Of a DNA stretch of 64,000 nt, positions 19,199-28,248 are shown piece by piece; within the stretch, counting starts at the first letter, position 1; every line of letters starts with the position of its first letter. Source of the DNA: a virus; IMG/VR virus record IMGVR_UViG_3300020446_001812, positions 42,432 through 106,431 of that record. One strand, given 5' to 3'. The notes under the pieces were generated by a model that saw only the letters and a list, made by a program, of their open reading frames with translations, ran no database searches and was not told where the DNA came from. A program made the translations under genes and the position numbers.

Positions 19199-20821
19199 AT
19201 GACGCAAGTTATTATTTTTACTGGGACATCCCGAACTGATCCCAAAAATAAAATTTATTCTCAACAAGACATGACAGCAAGTATCTTGATGCGACCATTA
19301 GGTGCGTATCAGATTGCTTCTATATTAAGAGCAAATGGATATACAGTACAGGTTATAGATCGCTTCCATTGGTTAATTAGAGAAAAAGGTCGTGAATTTT
19401 ACCGGGAAGTTATCCGGCCTCATATAGGAGCTGATACATTATGGATAGGATGGAGCAATACCTTTTGGGAAGGTGAACCAAGAGCTGGGCCTGAAGATTT
19501 AAAAAACATAGGATATTTGGCAGAGGCAGCACGTTCTGTAGGCATGCGAGAAGAAGGGTTGCAGGCAATGCAAAACTATAGGCAGGAGATAAATCCAAAT
19601 ATTAAATTTGTAGTTGGTGGCGCAAAAACTTGGAGATGGAGTCAACAGGATTTTAAGTTTTTTGATTATTATGTAGAAGGCTATGCTGATGTAATGGCTT
19701 TAGAATTGACCAATTGGTTAGCTGGCAAAGGAGATAAGCCTGCTTGTAGACCTAACGATGACGGTTCTGAAATACTAGATTACGATAAACGTGGTGATAA
19801 ATTTGACTTTGTAAATCATGTTCATAGATGGCATCCTACAGATTATTTAAATCAAGGAACTTCTTTACCTATAGAAATTGCAAGAGGTTGTATATTTAGA
19901 TGTGCTTATTGTAGCTTTCCGTTAAACAATAAAAAGAAATTAGATTTTATTAGAGAACCAGAGCAACTGAAAGAAGAATTTGTAAGAAACTACGAAGAGT
20001 ATGGAGTGACAAAATATTACTATGGAGATGATACTCATAATGATAGTGTAGAAAAACTAGAATTTTTGTATGATAAAGTATACTCTCAGCTACCTTTCAA
20101 AATAGAATTCGCAACATATCTAAGATTAGATTTGCTTGCCGCACATCCACAAACTATACCATTGCTGTTAGAAAGTGGATTAGTAGGAACATTTTTTGGT
20201 ATAGAAAGTTTCAACAAAGATGCTAATAAAACCGTAGGCAAAGGAGCTACAGAGGAAAAAATTTATGAAAATTTATACAAATGTAAAGATGTTTGGAAAG
20301 ATAAGGTCCACATTCACGCTGGTCTAATAACAGGTTTGCCTAATGATAGCGAAGATACTATACTAGATTGGGGAATGAGAGCTACTAGTAAAGAATCACC
20401 TATTGACTATGCTATGATTACTGAATTACATTTATTTCCTAAATGGGGTAAAGACACTCATTGGCTTAATAAAATGGAATTAAATCCTGCTTTTTATGGT
20501 TATGAGTTTGAAGAAGATGGCATTCAATATACAAATAATGTAGGATTAACAAAAAGCAGAGCGGCTCAACTAGCAGTTCATTTATTAAAAAATATGGATG
20601 AGCAAAAAAAGGGCAAAGATTGGTCTATGAATAAGAGTCAAATGCAAGGATGGTATAGTTTTGCACATGCCGCAAATTGTGGTATGACCACCCATGAATA
20701 CTTAAATAAGGGTCGATTAGATATTTTAAACCGTAGAGAAAGTATTTTAAATAATTATTATGCAAAATTAAAAAACGGTGCTAAAATAGAACAAAACAGA
20801 AAGGATAGTTATGATGGCTGA
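19199..20821 (+). CDS. B12-binding-domain radical SAM protein
   Basis: N-terminal Rossmann-like domain ('RPLGAYQIASILRANGY', 'VVGG', 'GYAD'), then 'EIARGCIFRCAYC', 'GIESF', 'ITGLP'. Confidence 0.85.
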   Translation: MTQVIIFTGTSRTDPKNKIYSQQDMTASILMRPLGAYQIASILRANGYTVQVIDRFHWLIREKGREFYREVIRPHIGADTLWIGWSNTFWEGEPRAGPEDLKNIGYLAEAARSVGMREEGLQAMQNYRQEINPNIKFVVGGAKTWRWSQQDFKFFDYYVEGYADVMALELTNWLAGKGDKPACRPNDDGSEILDYDKRGDKFDFVNHVHRWHPTDYLNQGTSLPIEIARGCIFRCAYCSFPLNNKKKLDFIREPEQLKEEFVRNYEEYGVTKYYYGDDTHNDSVEKLEFLYDKVYSQLPFKIEFATYLRLDLLAAHPQTIPLLLESGLVGTFFGIESFNKDANKTVGKGATEEKIYENLYKCKDVWKDKVHIHAGLITGLPNDSEDTILDWGMRATSKESPIDYAMITELHLFPKWGKDTHWLNKMELNPAFYGYEFEEDGIQYTNNVGLTKSRAAQLAVHLLKNMDEQKKGKDWSMNKSQMQGWYSFAHAANCGMTTHEYLNKGRLDILNRRESILNNYYAKLKNGAKIEQNRKDSYDG

Positions 20822-21179
20822 ACATTGGGGTTACCATGCTTTATTTGATTGTGCTGAATGCAATTTGCCTAGTGTGACTAGTAAAGATAATGTGCTTAAT
20901 TTTCTAAAAGAGCTTGTTTTAGAAATAGATATGGTGCCTTTTGGTGATCCATTCATTGAACACTTTGCTACACACGATCCGCAAAAAGCAGGTATTAGTT
21001 TTTTTCAAATGATTGAAACAAGTAACATAAGCGGACATCTTTGTGATATAAATGGTGATGCATATATAGATGTTTTTTCATGCAAAGAATATGATGTAGA
21101 GAAAGCACAGGCAGTAGTACAAAAATATTTTTCACCTAAGAAAATTAGATTAAATTATATCACTAGATCTGCAAGTTAA
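20811..21179 (+). CDS. speD: S-adenosylmethionine decarboxylase (pyruvoyl-dependent) family
   Basis: 'WGYHALFD', 'GISFFQMIETSNISGH' autocleavage-site region, 'YIDVFSCK'. Confidence 0.85.
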   Translation: MMAEHWGYHALFDCAECNLPSVTSKDNVLNFLKELVLEIDMVPFGDPFIEHFATHDPQKAGISFFQMIETSNISGHLCDINGDAYIDVFSCKEYDVEKAQAVVQKYFSPKKIRLNYITRSAS

Positions 21180-21185
21180 GGATAT

Positions 21186-22634
21186 GTGATGATTCTTTTG
21201 TTCACAGATGTTAGTCATACTCCTGGTATAGGCAAATATGCTGGAACATATAAAGTTGCGACAGAATTACGCAAAAATAAGTTTGATACCCAAGTTATTG
21301 ATTGTTTTAAATACTTGGGTATTAAAAGGTTGAAAAAGATTCTTGATAAGTTCTTAACAAATAAAATTATTTTGATTGGTATTAGTAATACCTTAATGTA
21401 TAATCAAAAATTTATGTGGGGCATCACTGACAAAGAATTCGAGGAATTTGTAACTTATGCAAAAAAAATAAATCCTAACATAAAATTTATGGTAGGAGGA
21501 GCAGGCGTTACACAATATTCTAATTGGCCATATATAGATTATTCTATAATAGGTAAAGGCGACTCAGCCATAGTTGCTTTAGCTAAACATATTTATTCTG
21601 GCACACCATTGATTTATAGACAAAATGCTTTTACTAAATTAGTAAACGGCGATGACTATTTTTATACCCAAGATGAATTTGCAAAAAGTTATATTAGGTT
21701 TGAAGATAATGATGTTGTTTTAGATGGTGAAGCATTGCCAATAGAAATAGCAAGAGGCTGTATTTTTAAATGTGCATTTTGCTTTTTTGACTTAATAGGT
21801 AAACGTAAAGGAGACTGGACAAAAACAGAGGATACTATATATAATGAAATGATGTATAATTATAAAAAGTTTGGCACTACACAATATATGGTAAGTGACG
21901 AATTGGTAAATGAAAGTGTTGAAAAAGTAAAAATGTTAGCAAGAATAGCAAACAAATTACCTTTCAAGCTAGAATATACTGCTTATGCTAGATTAGATTT
22001 AATTGTGCGATACCCTGAAATGATTCCATTGTTGCAAGAAAGCGGAGCAGTCGGACTTTCCTTTGGAGTTGAAACATTTAATCATTCTGCAGGCAAAGCA
22101 GTAGGCAAAGGTGTTGACCCTAATGTTTTAAAGGACACATTAGTTGAATGTAAAAGACAATGGAAAAATAATGTTGTCATAAGTGCAAATTTTATAATAG
22201 GTTTGCCAGGCGAGTCAAAAAAGGATATTGAGCAGACAATTGAATATTTGTTAACTGTTGATTGCCCTATTGATGCATTTGAATTAAATTTATTAACAAT
22301 TAAGGATGACAGTGATGGTAGGCACGGAAATAAAATGGGCAATGATCCAAAAAAATATGGATATACTTTAGAAGATAAACAATGGAAAAATAATCAAATG
22401 AATAGAGTTGAAGCCAATAATTTTTTAAATACTATAAAGAATGATCCTTTAGTAAAAAATAAGAGAAAATTTATGAGTGCTACATACATAGGAAGAATAA
22501 TGAGTTTAGGTTATACTATAGAAGATATTTTTGATTTAATGAACAACAAAACTTTTATAGAAACAATACAACAGGTAAATTATAAAACTTACCAAAAGAA
22601 AGAAGAATATTTTAAAAGGATTATGTCTCTATGA
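21186..22634 (+). CDS. B12-binding-domain radical SAM protein (paralog of 19199-20821)
   Basis: 'AGTYKVATELR', 'VGGA', 'EIARGCIFKCAFC', 'GVETF', 'IIGLPGE'. Confidence 0.85.
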   Translation: MMILLFTDVSHTPGIGKYAGTYKVATELRKNKFDTQVIDCFKYLGIKRLKKILDKFLTNKIILIGISNTLMYNQKFMWGITDKEFEEFVTYAKKINPNIKFMVGGAGVTQYSNWPYIDYSIIGKGDSAIVALAKHIYSGTPLIYRQNAFTKLVNGDDYFYTQDEFAKSYIRFEDNDVVLDGEALPIEIARGCIFKCAFCFFDLIGKRKGDWTKTEDTIYNEMMYNYKKFGTTQYMVSDELVNESVEKVKMLARIANKLPFKLEYTAYARLDLIVRYPEMIPLLQESGAVGLSFGVETFNHSAGKAVGKGVDPNVLKDTLVECKRQWKNNVVISANFIIGLPGESKKDIEQTIEYLLTVDCPIDAFELNLLTIKDDSDGRHGNKMGNDPKKYGYTLEDKQWKNNQMNRVEANNFLNTIKNDPLVKNKRKFMSATYIGRIMSLGYTIEDIFDLMNNKTFIETIQQVNYKTYQKKEEYFKRIMSL

Positions 22635-23263
22635 TTGATTTTACATTTTGTGCTTTTGATTTAGGAATTACTACAGAACAAAAAAATAATATGTTACAAG
22701 AAATTCTTGCTTGTCCTGATCCTTTTTGGTATTATGATAAATTTCGAGGTTGTAAAATGTTGCCAATATATAACGGAGGAAGTCTTACAAATCACACTGC
22801 TAAAGGCAACCTAATGTTTACTAAAGCTGGATTAAAATGTGATACACTTATGCACGTATTAACACATAAAGTATTTCCATTTATGGACCCAGTTGGTCGT
22901 GTTACTATTCTAAAAACTGATAAAAATACAGCACTTAATGAGCATATAGATTGTAACGAAGATGAAGTCGGTTCCTTACAGCACAAGTTTAGAATAGCAT
23001 TAAAAGGGCAGATAAATACTTTATATTTTATAGATAAGAAGTTACAAAAAGTTTACATACCAAATAGTTTTGATACATATGTGTTAGATGGTGGACATCC
23101 TCATGCACTTGATCCTGGATCTGAAGAAAAAATTACTTTATGTGTAGGAGCGCCTTGGAAAGGAAATCATATTGCTAGTTACAAAAAGGTTTTAGATAGT
23201 GCTATACATAAGTTAAAGGTAAGTAGACCAGATATAATAAAAGAGGAATGGAAGAATGGTTGA
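22631..23263 (+). CDS. Putative 2OG-Fe(II)/cupin oxygenase
   Basis: 'NEHID' HxD and 'DGGHPH' distal His. Confidence 0.55.
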   Translation: MIDFTFCAFDLGITTEQKNNMLQEILACPDPFWYYDKFRGCKMLPIYNGGSLTNHTAKGNLMFTKAGLKCDTLMHVLTHKVFPFMDPVGRVTILKTDKNTALNEHIDCNEDEVGSLQHKFRIALKGQINTLYFIDKKLQKVYIPNSFDTYVLDGGHPHALDPGSEEKITLCVGAPWKGNHIASYKKVLDSAIHKLKVSRPDIIKEEWKNG

Positions 23264-23714
23264 TATATTAATATACGTTTTTATATTTTTTGCATGGACA
23301 TTTATATTATATTGGATGCACAGAATTTGTCATTATGTGCCATACCTGAAGCAAATACATTGGCATCATCATAAATTTGTTACAGGACAACAACCAACAT
23401 GGATGTGGCAAAATCTTTTTCTTTATAGTGATGATTGGATGAGTACATTAGATATTGTTGTTACAGAAATAATTCCTACACTTATATTTTGTTATTTTAC
23501 AGGTCATTGGTGGGTAGCTGTTTGGTATTACGTCTGGACAGCATTTATTCAAGAATGGTTTGAACACAATCCTAATTTTAACCTATGGCCGTTTAGTGCA
23601 GGAAAATATCATTTGAATCATCACAAATATTGGCGATATAATTTTTCTTTATTTTTTCCTATTTGGGATATAGTATTCGGCACTCATAAACCAATTACCA
23701 CAAACAATAGTTAG
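23256..23714 (+). CDS. Sterol desaturase/fatty acid hydroxylase family membrane protein
   Basis: 'YWMHRICH', 'HWHHH', 'HLNHH', 'NFSLFFPIWDIVFGT'. Confidence 0.85.
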   Translation: MVDILIYVFIFFAWTFILYWMHRICHYVPYLKQIHWHHHKFVTGQQPTWMWQNLFLYSDDWMSTLDIVVTEIIPTLIFCYFTGHWWVAVWYYVWTAFIQEWFEHNPNFNLWPFSAGKYHLNHHKYWRYNFSLFFPIWDIVFGTHKPITTNNS

Positions 23715-23726
23715 ATATATATTATT

Positions 23727-24665
23727 ATGATACCTCTTTCTGAAAATAGTTGGAATGCTTGGAAGTATGACGACGGACCTTTATTTAGTAGGTCAAAAAA
23801 CCCACAAGAAAAATTAATTCCTGTATATAAAAAAATGGATAGAAAAATCCTATCATTAAAAGAAGAAGTAATACTTGCCGCAAAAAGCACAAAGGATCAT
23901 TTTCCAAATCAAAAATTAAATTTATTTTTCAGTGGTGGCTTGGACAGTGAATTGATGTTGAAGGCTTTTTTAGAAATAGGAGAAAAGCCTAATATTTTTA
24001 TTGTAAGATACGAGAATGACATAAACTTATACGATGTAAGTTATGCTGTTTCTATTTGCGGGTCGCTGAATCTTGACTTTAAAATTATTGATATGAATTT
24101 AAAACATTTTTTTGAACAAGATGCAGAAAAAGTTGCGGAAGATGCACAATGTGACAGACCTCGTATGCTACCTAGTATGACTTATGCGGATAATGTTGAT
24201 GGTCTATCAATATTGTCAATGGGTGATATGTATTGGGCAAGACCGCATGATAATTATAATGTAAAAGCCCAATGGGTAGCAATAGAACTTGAAAGTGATT
24301 TTGCGGCTGATCGATATAATATATTACATAATAGGCCATGTATACATTTATGGGCTAGATGGTCACCTGGCATGATGATGGCTCATACGAAATGGAAGTG
24401 GTTTCATAGATTAATCAATGATGAAATTAAAGGAAAGTTAGGAAATAGTTCTAGCAAAATGCAAGGTTGGAAAGAAGAGTTTCCACACATAATGCAAAGA
24501 GAAAAAGTACACGGATTTGAAAAAATAGATCCTTTGATAGAAGAGTTTGAAAAGTTCTTAGAAAGTAAATGGAACGGGCTTCCTTATAGAAGACAGTATG
24601 ATATGACTTTAGATGAATTATATAAAATGGTTACAGGTTTGGATTACGCTGAATATAACGCTTAG
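23727..24665 (+). CDS. Stand-alone PP-loop ATP pyrophosphatase (Asn-synthetase C-domain-like)
   Basis: 'LFFSGGLDSE'; C-terminal 'REKVHGFEK'; no glutaminase domain. Confidence 0.7.
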   Translation: MIPLSENSWNAWKYDDGPLFSRSKNPQEKLIPVYKKMDRKILSLKEEVILAAKSTKDHFPNQKLNLFFSGGLDSELMLKAFLEIGEKPNIFIVRYENDINLYDVSYAVSICGSLNLDFKIIDMNLKHFFEQDAEKVAEDAQCDRPRMLPSMTYADNVDGLSILSMGDMYWARPHDNYNVKAQWVAIELESDFAADRYNILHNRPCIHLWARWSPGMMMAHTKWKWFHRLINDEIKGKLGNSSSKMQGWKEEFPHIMQREKVHGFEKIDPLIEEFEKFLESKWNGLPYRRQYDMTLDELYKMVTGLDYAEYNA

Positions 24666-25536
24666 TTTTTGTGCCATTTACTAAATGATCTAATAAATCT
24701 TTTATCTCTATAAACATATGATTTTCTCTATAATTGTGTATCATTCCATTTACAATAAAATCTATTTTTTCACAGCCTTGATATTTTGGAAAGTATAAAA
24801 GATCATTGCTCCAGTTTTTTCCATAAAAAGTAGGTTTAATAAACAAGTCCCAATAGTTTATTATACTAATGGGTTCTTCACCTTCATAAGATAAACCTGG
24901 AATATTGTAGTAATTCCATGCATTGCACACAGAGGTCAGTGTACCCTCCATTAGCACACTTGCAAGTAAATGCTCGTCTTTTTCAAAGCCCACCACTGTA
25001 TGACGCTTATTTCGCTGTTTATAGGCCCTTAATCGTGCATATTCTACACTGTTAGCTGACTCTAATATGTAGTGTTTTCCATTATGCACATATGGATCTG
25101 GCCCGTTAAATCCTTCTATCCATGTAAGTTTATCAGATATTTTTTCTAAAAATATGCTATGTAAAATTTGGTTAGGTGGAATTTTATGTTCTTGCGATTG
25201 GGCTAGTATAGTATCTTTTTCTTTGTAAGGATCTATTTCAACTATTGTTACATCTATATTCCATTTAGATATACATTGTTGTACATTTTCATATTCGTTA
25301 TCATTATATCCCTTCATACGCATAAAAGCACAAGGAATATTGACACCAACGTCTTTGAAAGCTAGGTATGTTGCTTGACTGTCAGTGCCACCGCTAAAGC
25401 TAAGAATACAATCATTGTAGGTCTGTAAAATAGAATTAGCCCGCTCAGCAAATTCAACTCTAGGAGAACCAACTGGGCGGGCTAACGGGGTTACATCAAT
25501 ATAAAAATTATTTTTATCGTCGAACCCATATGACAT
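24631..25536 (-). CDS. Stand-alone PP-loop ATP pyrophosphatase
   Basis: 'LSFSGGTDSQ'; C-terminal 'PKYQGCEK'; 35-bp convergent overlap with the previous gene. Confidence 0.7.
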   Translation of the reverse strand: MSYGFDDKNNFYIDVTPLARPVGSPRVEFAERANSILQTYNDCILSFSGGTDSQATYLAFKDVGVNIPCAFMRMKGYNDNEYENVQQCISKWNIDVTIVEIDPYKEKDTILAQSQEHKIPPNQILHSIFLEKISDKLTWIEGFNGPDPYVHNGKHYILESANSVEYARLRAYKQRNKRHTVVGFEKDEHLLASVLMEGTLTSVCNAWNYYNIPGLSYEGEEPISIINYWDLFIKPTFYGKNWSNDLLYFPKYQGCEKIDFIVNGMIHNYRENHMFIEIKDLLDHLVNGTKTKRYIQRNPNL

Positions 25537-26049
25537 TTAGGCAGTAGTAGATTTTGGTTTTCTACCAGCCTTCTTAGGTGCTTTATCCTTTAGGCTTGGG
25601 TCAACAACTTGTGCAATTATTTTTGCCCATGGTACAACGTTCCATGTACGTTCATGTGCATAGTATAAGAACATGTTTATTGCTGTTGCTAGACCTGCAA
25701 AAATTGTTGCGTTACCCCAACTACCTGTAACAAGGAATGGGATAATAAAATTGTTTGATGTAATAACAATTCTCCAGGTAATCATCTTAGCGGCAGATCT
25801 ACCTTCTTGATCATCAAATGCTCTTGCAGGATTTTCTTTCCTCCATATTTGGAAATAATTCCAGGCTCTTTCGTGTAACCAATACAATGTACTGTTTATT
25901 AGTGTCGCCCAGCCTGCAATTTTTAAGCCCACTAAAAGACTTCCCGTAGCAAGAAAGCCATTCACTATGTGAGATATAGTAAGCAACACTCTCCAGGAAA
26001 CCATTTTAGCAATAGTTCTAGGGTGTCTTTCATTAAACTTAGTAAACAT
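25537..26049 (-). CDS. Membrane protein with two tandem DUF2061-like domains
   Basis: Two copies of 'R...K...WR...TGS...HER.WN'; AAGGAG SD. Confidence 0.75.
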   Translation of the reverse strand: MFTKFNERHPRTIAKMVSWRVLLTISHIVNGFLATGSLLVGLKIAGWATLINSTLYWLHERAWNYFQIWRKENPARAFDDQEGRSAAKMITWRIVITSNNFIIPFLVTGSWGNATIFAGLATAINMFLYYAHERTWNVVPWAKIIAQVVDPSLKDKAPKKAGRKPKSTTA

Positions 26050-26071
26050 TTTTTCTCCTTTATTTATTAAG

Positions 26072-26086
26072 TGCGTATATAACTAT
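26072..26086. repeat. Left copy of 15-bp perfect inverted repeat (TGCGTATATAACTAT)
   Basis: Exact reverse complement of 27290-27304. Confidence 0.9.
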
Positions 26087-27291
26087 TTATTCCATTTTAG
26101 ACTAGCTGGATTTATTTTTGGTACAATTGGACCTATTTTATAATTGACAGAATACACTTGTAAACCGTCTGCAAAGCCATGTTCTGTGTTAACAAACCTA
26201 CTTGCGTTTGTCTTTACATAATTAATACCTTCTTGCCAAATAGTATGGTGTTTTGTACCTTTATGGCCTTCAATATACCAATGATCAAATTCACTGTACC
26301 AATCTAGCGTTGCTTTATCAGCTTGATACCATGAATTATTCCAAGAACTATACAGTAATGGCCTAAGCTCTCGTTCATGCATAGTTCTAAATAGATCAGC
26401 TGTCATATTTTTTCCATACCAAAAAGGCTGTTTTTCTGGTGTCAATTCTAACCAGTGTTTTATTGTGTATGCTTGTTTGCATAATATATCTACACTTTCA
26501 GGCGCCCAATAAAAATACTCTACTGTGCTGTTATCATAATCTCGTATATGGTTTTCTATAGTTATGATATTAGTCGATCTATCATTAAATCTAAGATAAA
26601 AATCTCCGTTTGAGTGTATGAAAGTCCTAGGTTTTTCAATACCAAGTATCAATCCTATTTTTTTACTTTTGTCAAATTGTTTTCTAACATCATTAAAATG
26701 TATGTAATTAAACCTTGTAACATTTAATGGATTTAGTCCTTCACGCTTATCCATTATCCAACTAGCATCGCCTTTGGAAAGCCAAGAATCAAATAAGTAA
26801 TCAGACATATCTAATATTGTAATTTTTGTTTTCGGAGACAGTTTCTGTATTTCTTTTAGTCTTGGTATAGTTTGTAAATAATGCTCGGCCGCCGCATTTT
26901 TAGGATCTTTATTATTAGGGTCTATATCAGTGTAAGATAAATTTGCTTTTTCCATTGTGTTTACAATAATTTCATCTATGATCAATCCTTGCCTAATAAA
27001 ACTATTTGCTATATTTTGACTGTCACTACCTCCACTATAACTTAGTATTAAATAATCATAAGTGTCTCTTAATTGTTGAGCACGGACATCATATAATTTA
27101 TCTAATGTTTGAGTAGGCTCAATATGCCAATTGTAGTTTTTAAAAGTATCAGTATTAAAATGCCATTGTACATCTTGATTTGTAGATTGAGCAAAAAAAC
27201 AAGCCTGAATTTTGCTATCAAATTCTATATTGCCAACGGTGTAGTATCCTAATTTTTTGTTAATTTCATGCATCTCATGAGTACTTATCAT
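26083..27291 (-). CDS. Stand-alone PP-loop ATP pyrophosphatase (paralog of 30581-31777)
   Basis: 'LGYY', 'LSYSGGSDS', 'GIEKPR', 'EYFYW'. Confidence 0.75.
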   Translation of the reverse strand: MISTHEMHEINKKLGYYTVGNIEFDSKIQACFFAQSTNQDVQWHFNTDTFKNYNWHIEPTQTLDKLYDVRAQQLRDTYDYLILSYSGGSDSQNIANSFIRQGLIIDEIIVNTMEKANLSYTDIDPNNKDPKNAAAEHYLQTIPRLKEIQKLSPKTKITILDMSDYLFDSWLSKGDASWIMDKREGLNPLNVTRFNYIHFNDVRKQFDKSKKIGLILGIEKPRTFIHSNGDFYLRFNDRSTNIITIENHIRDYDNSTVEYFYWAPESVDILCKQAYTIKHWLELTPEKQPFWYGKNMTADLFRTMHERELRPLLYSSWNNSWYQADKATLDWYSEFDHWYIEGHKGTKHHTIWQEGINYVKTNASRFVNTEHGFADGLQVYSVNYKIGPIVPKINPASLKWNK

Positions 27292-27304
27292 AGTTATATA
27301 CGCA
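27290..27304. repeat. Right copy of 15-bp perfect inverted repeat (ATAGTTATATACGCA)
   Basis: Exact reverse complement of 26072-26086; followed by ATAAATA at 27306-27312. Confidence 0.9.
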
Positions 27305-27318
27305 GATAAATATTACTG

Positions 27319-28248
27319 ATGGAATCCAAAATCCCTATAATTGCAGCACCTATGAATCAAGTTTCCGATGCAAATTTAGCTATTGCCTGCCACCGAGCAG
27401 GTATAATGCCTAGTATAAGTTTTCTTAACTTTGTAGACAAAGATACCCATACATGTGATTTTGAATCTTTTTTACGAGATGTTGAATACTTTACATCTTC
27501 AACTAATACAAACAAACTTATTATAAGTGTCAGTAGTAAAACCTTACTTAGAAAAGGAATACAAGATCAAGTTGTCAAATATTTTAACAAAATAAAATTT
27601 TCTCATTTAGAAATAATATTAACAGAAAGATTAGAATTTACAAATAAAAAATTAACACAAAACGATAAAGATCTTTTTGATAGTATAGAAGAAGCATTAA
27701 AAAGTTTACCTAAAGTAAAAATTATGTATAAAGCACTTGATGTATATAGTATTATACAAATTGCAAAATATACTGAATTTATAGATTGTTATGTACTTAA
27801 ATCTAACAAAGGAGCAGGAACAATATCAAATTATACAAGCAATATATATGAAAGTATAAATTTGTTTAAAACAGAATGTCCTGGAAAAGAAATAATTGCA
27901 AGTGGCGGAATATCTACTGCTAAGGAAATAAAAAAATGTATCAAAGCTGGAGCAAAAGCAGTAGCAATAGGTACTTTGTTTGCTTTTGCAAAAGAAAGTA
28001 AAATTTCTAATGAATCAAAAAAAGTTATGATACAAAAAAATAAAAATGATTTAGACATAATTTCTGGTTATCAGAATGGAGTTGTCTTTAATAAATTAGA
28101 GAAAGATGATAGTAACAACACATTTAGTCTTATAGAAGGCATTAAATCCCCTCACAAGGGTCATTTATTTGCTGGGCATGGATTAAATAATATAACAAAT
28201 ATTTTGTCAGTGCAAGAGATAGTGGATAAATTATGGCCGAAAAAATGA
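27319..28248 (+). CDS. Nitronate monooxygenase/FabK-like FMN TIM-barrel oxidoreductase
   Basis: 'IIAAPMNQVS', 'IIASGGI', 'GAKAVAIGTLF..ES', 'FAGHG'. Confidence 0.75.
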   Translation: MESKIPIIAAPMNQVSDANLAIACHRAGIMPSISFLNFVDKDTHTCDFESFLRDVEYFTSSTNTNKLIISVSSKTLLRKGIQDQVVKYFNKIKFSHLEIILTERLEFTNKKLTQNDKDLFDSIEEALKSLPKVKIMYKALDVYSIIQIAKYTEFIDCYVLKSNKGAGTISNYTSNIYESINLFKTECPGKEIIASGGISTAKEIKKCIKAGAKAVAIGTLFAFAKESKISNESKKVMIQKNKNDLDIISGYQNGVVFNKLEKDDSNNTFSLIEGIKSPHKGHLFAGHGLNNITNILSVQEIVDKLWPKK

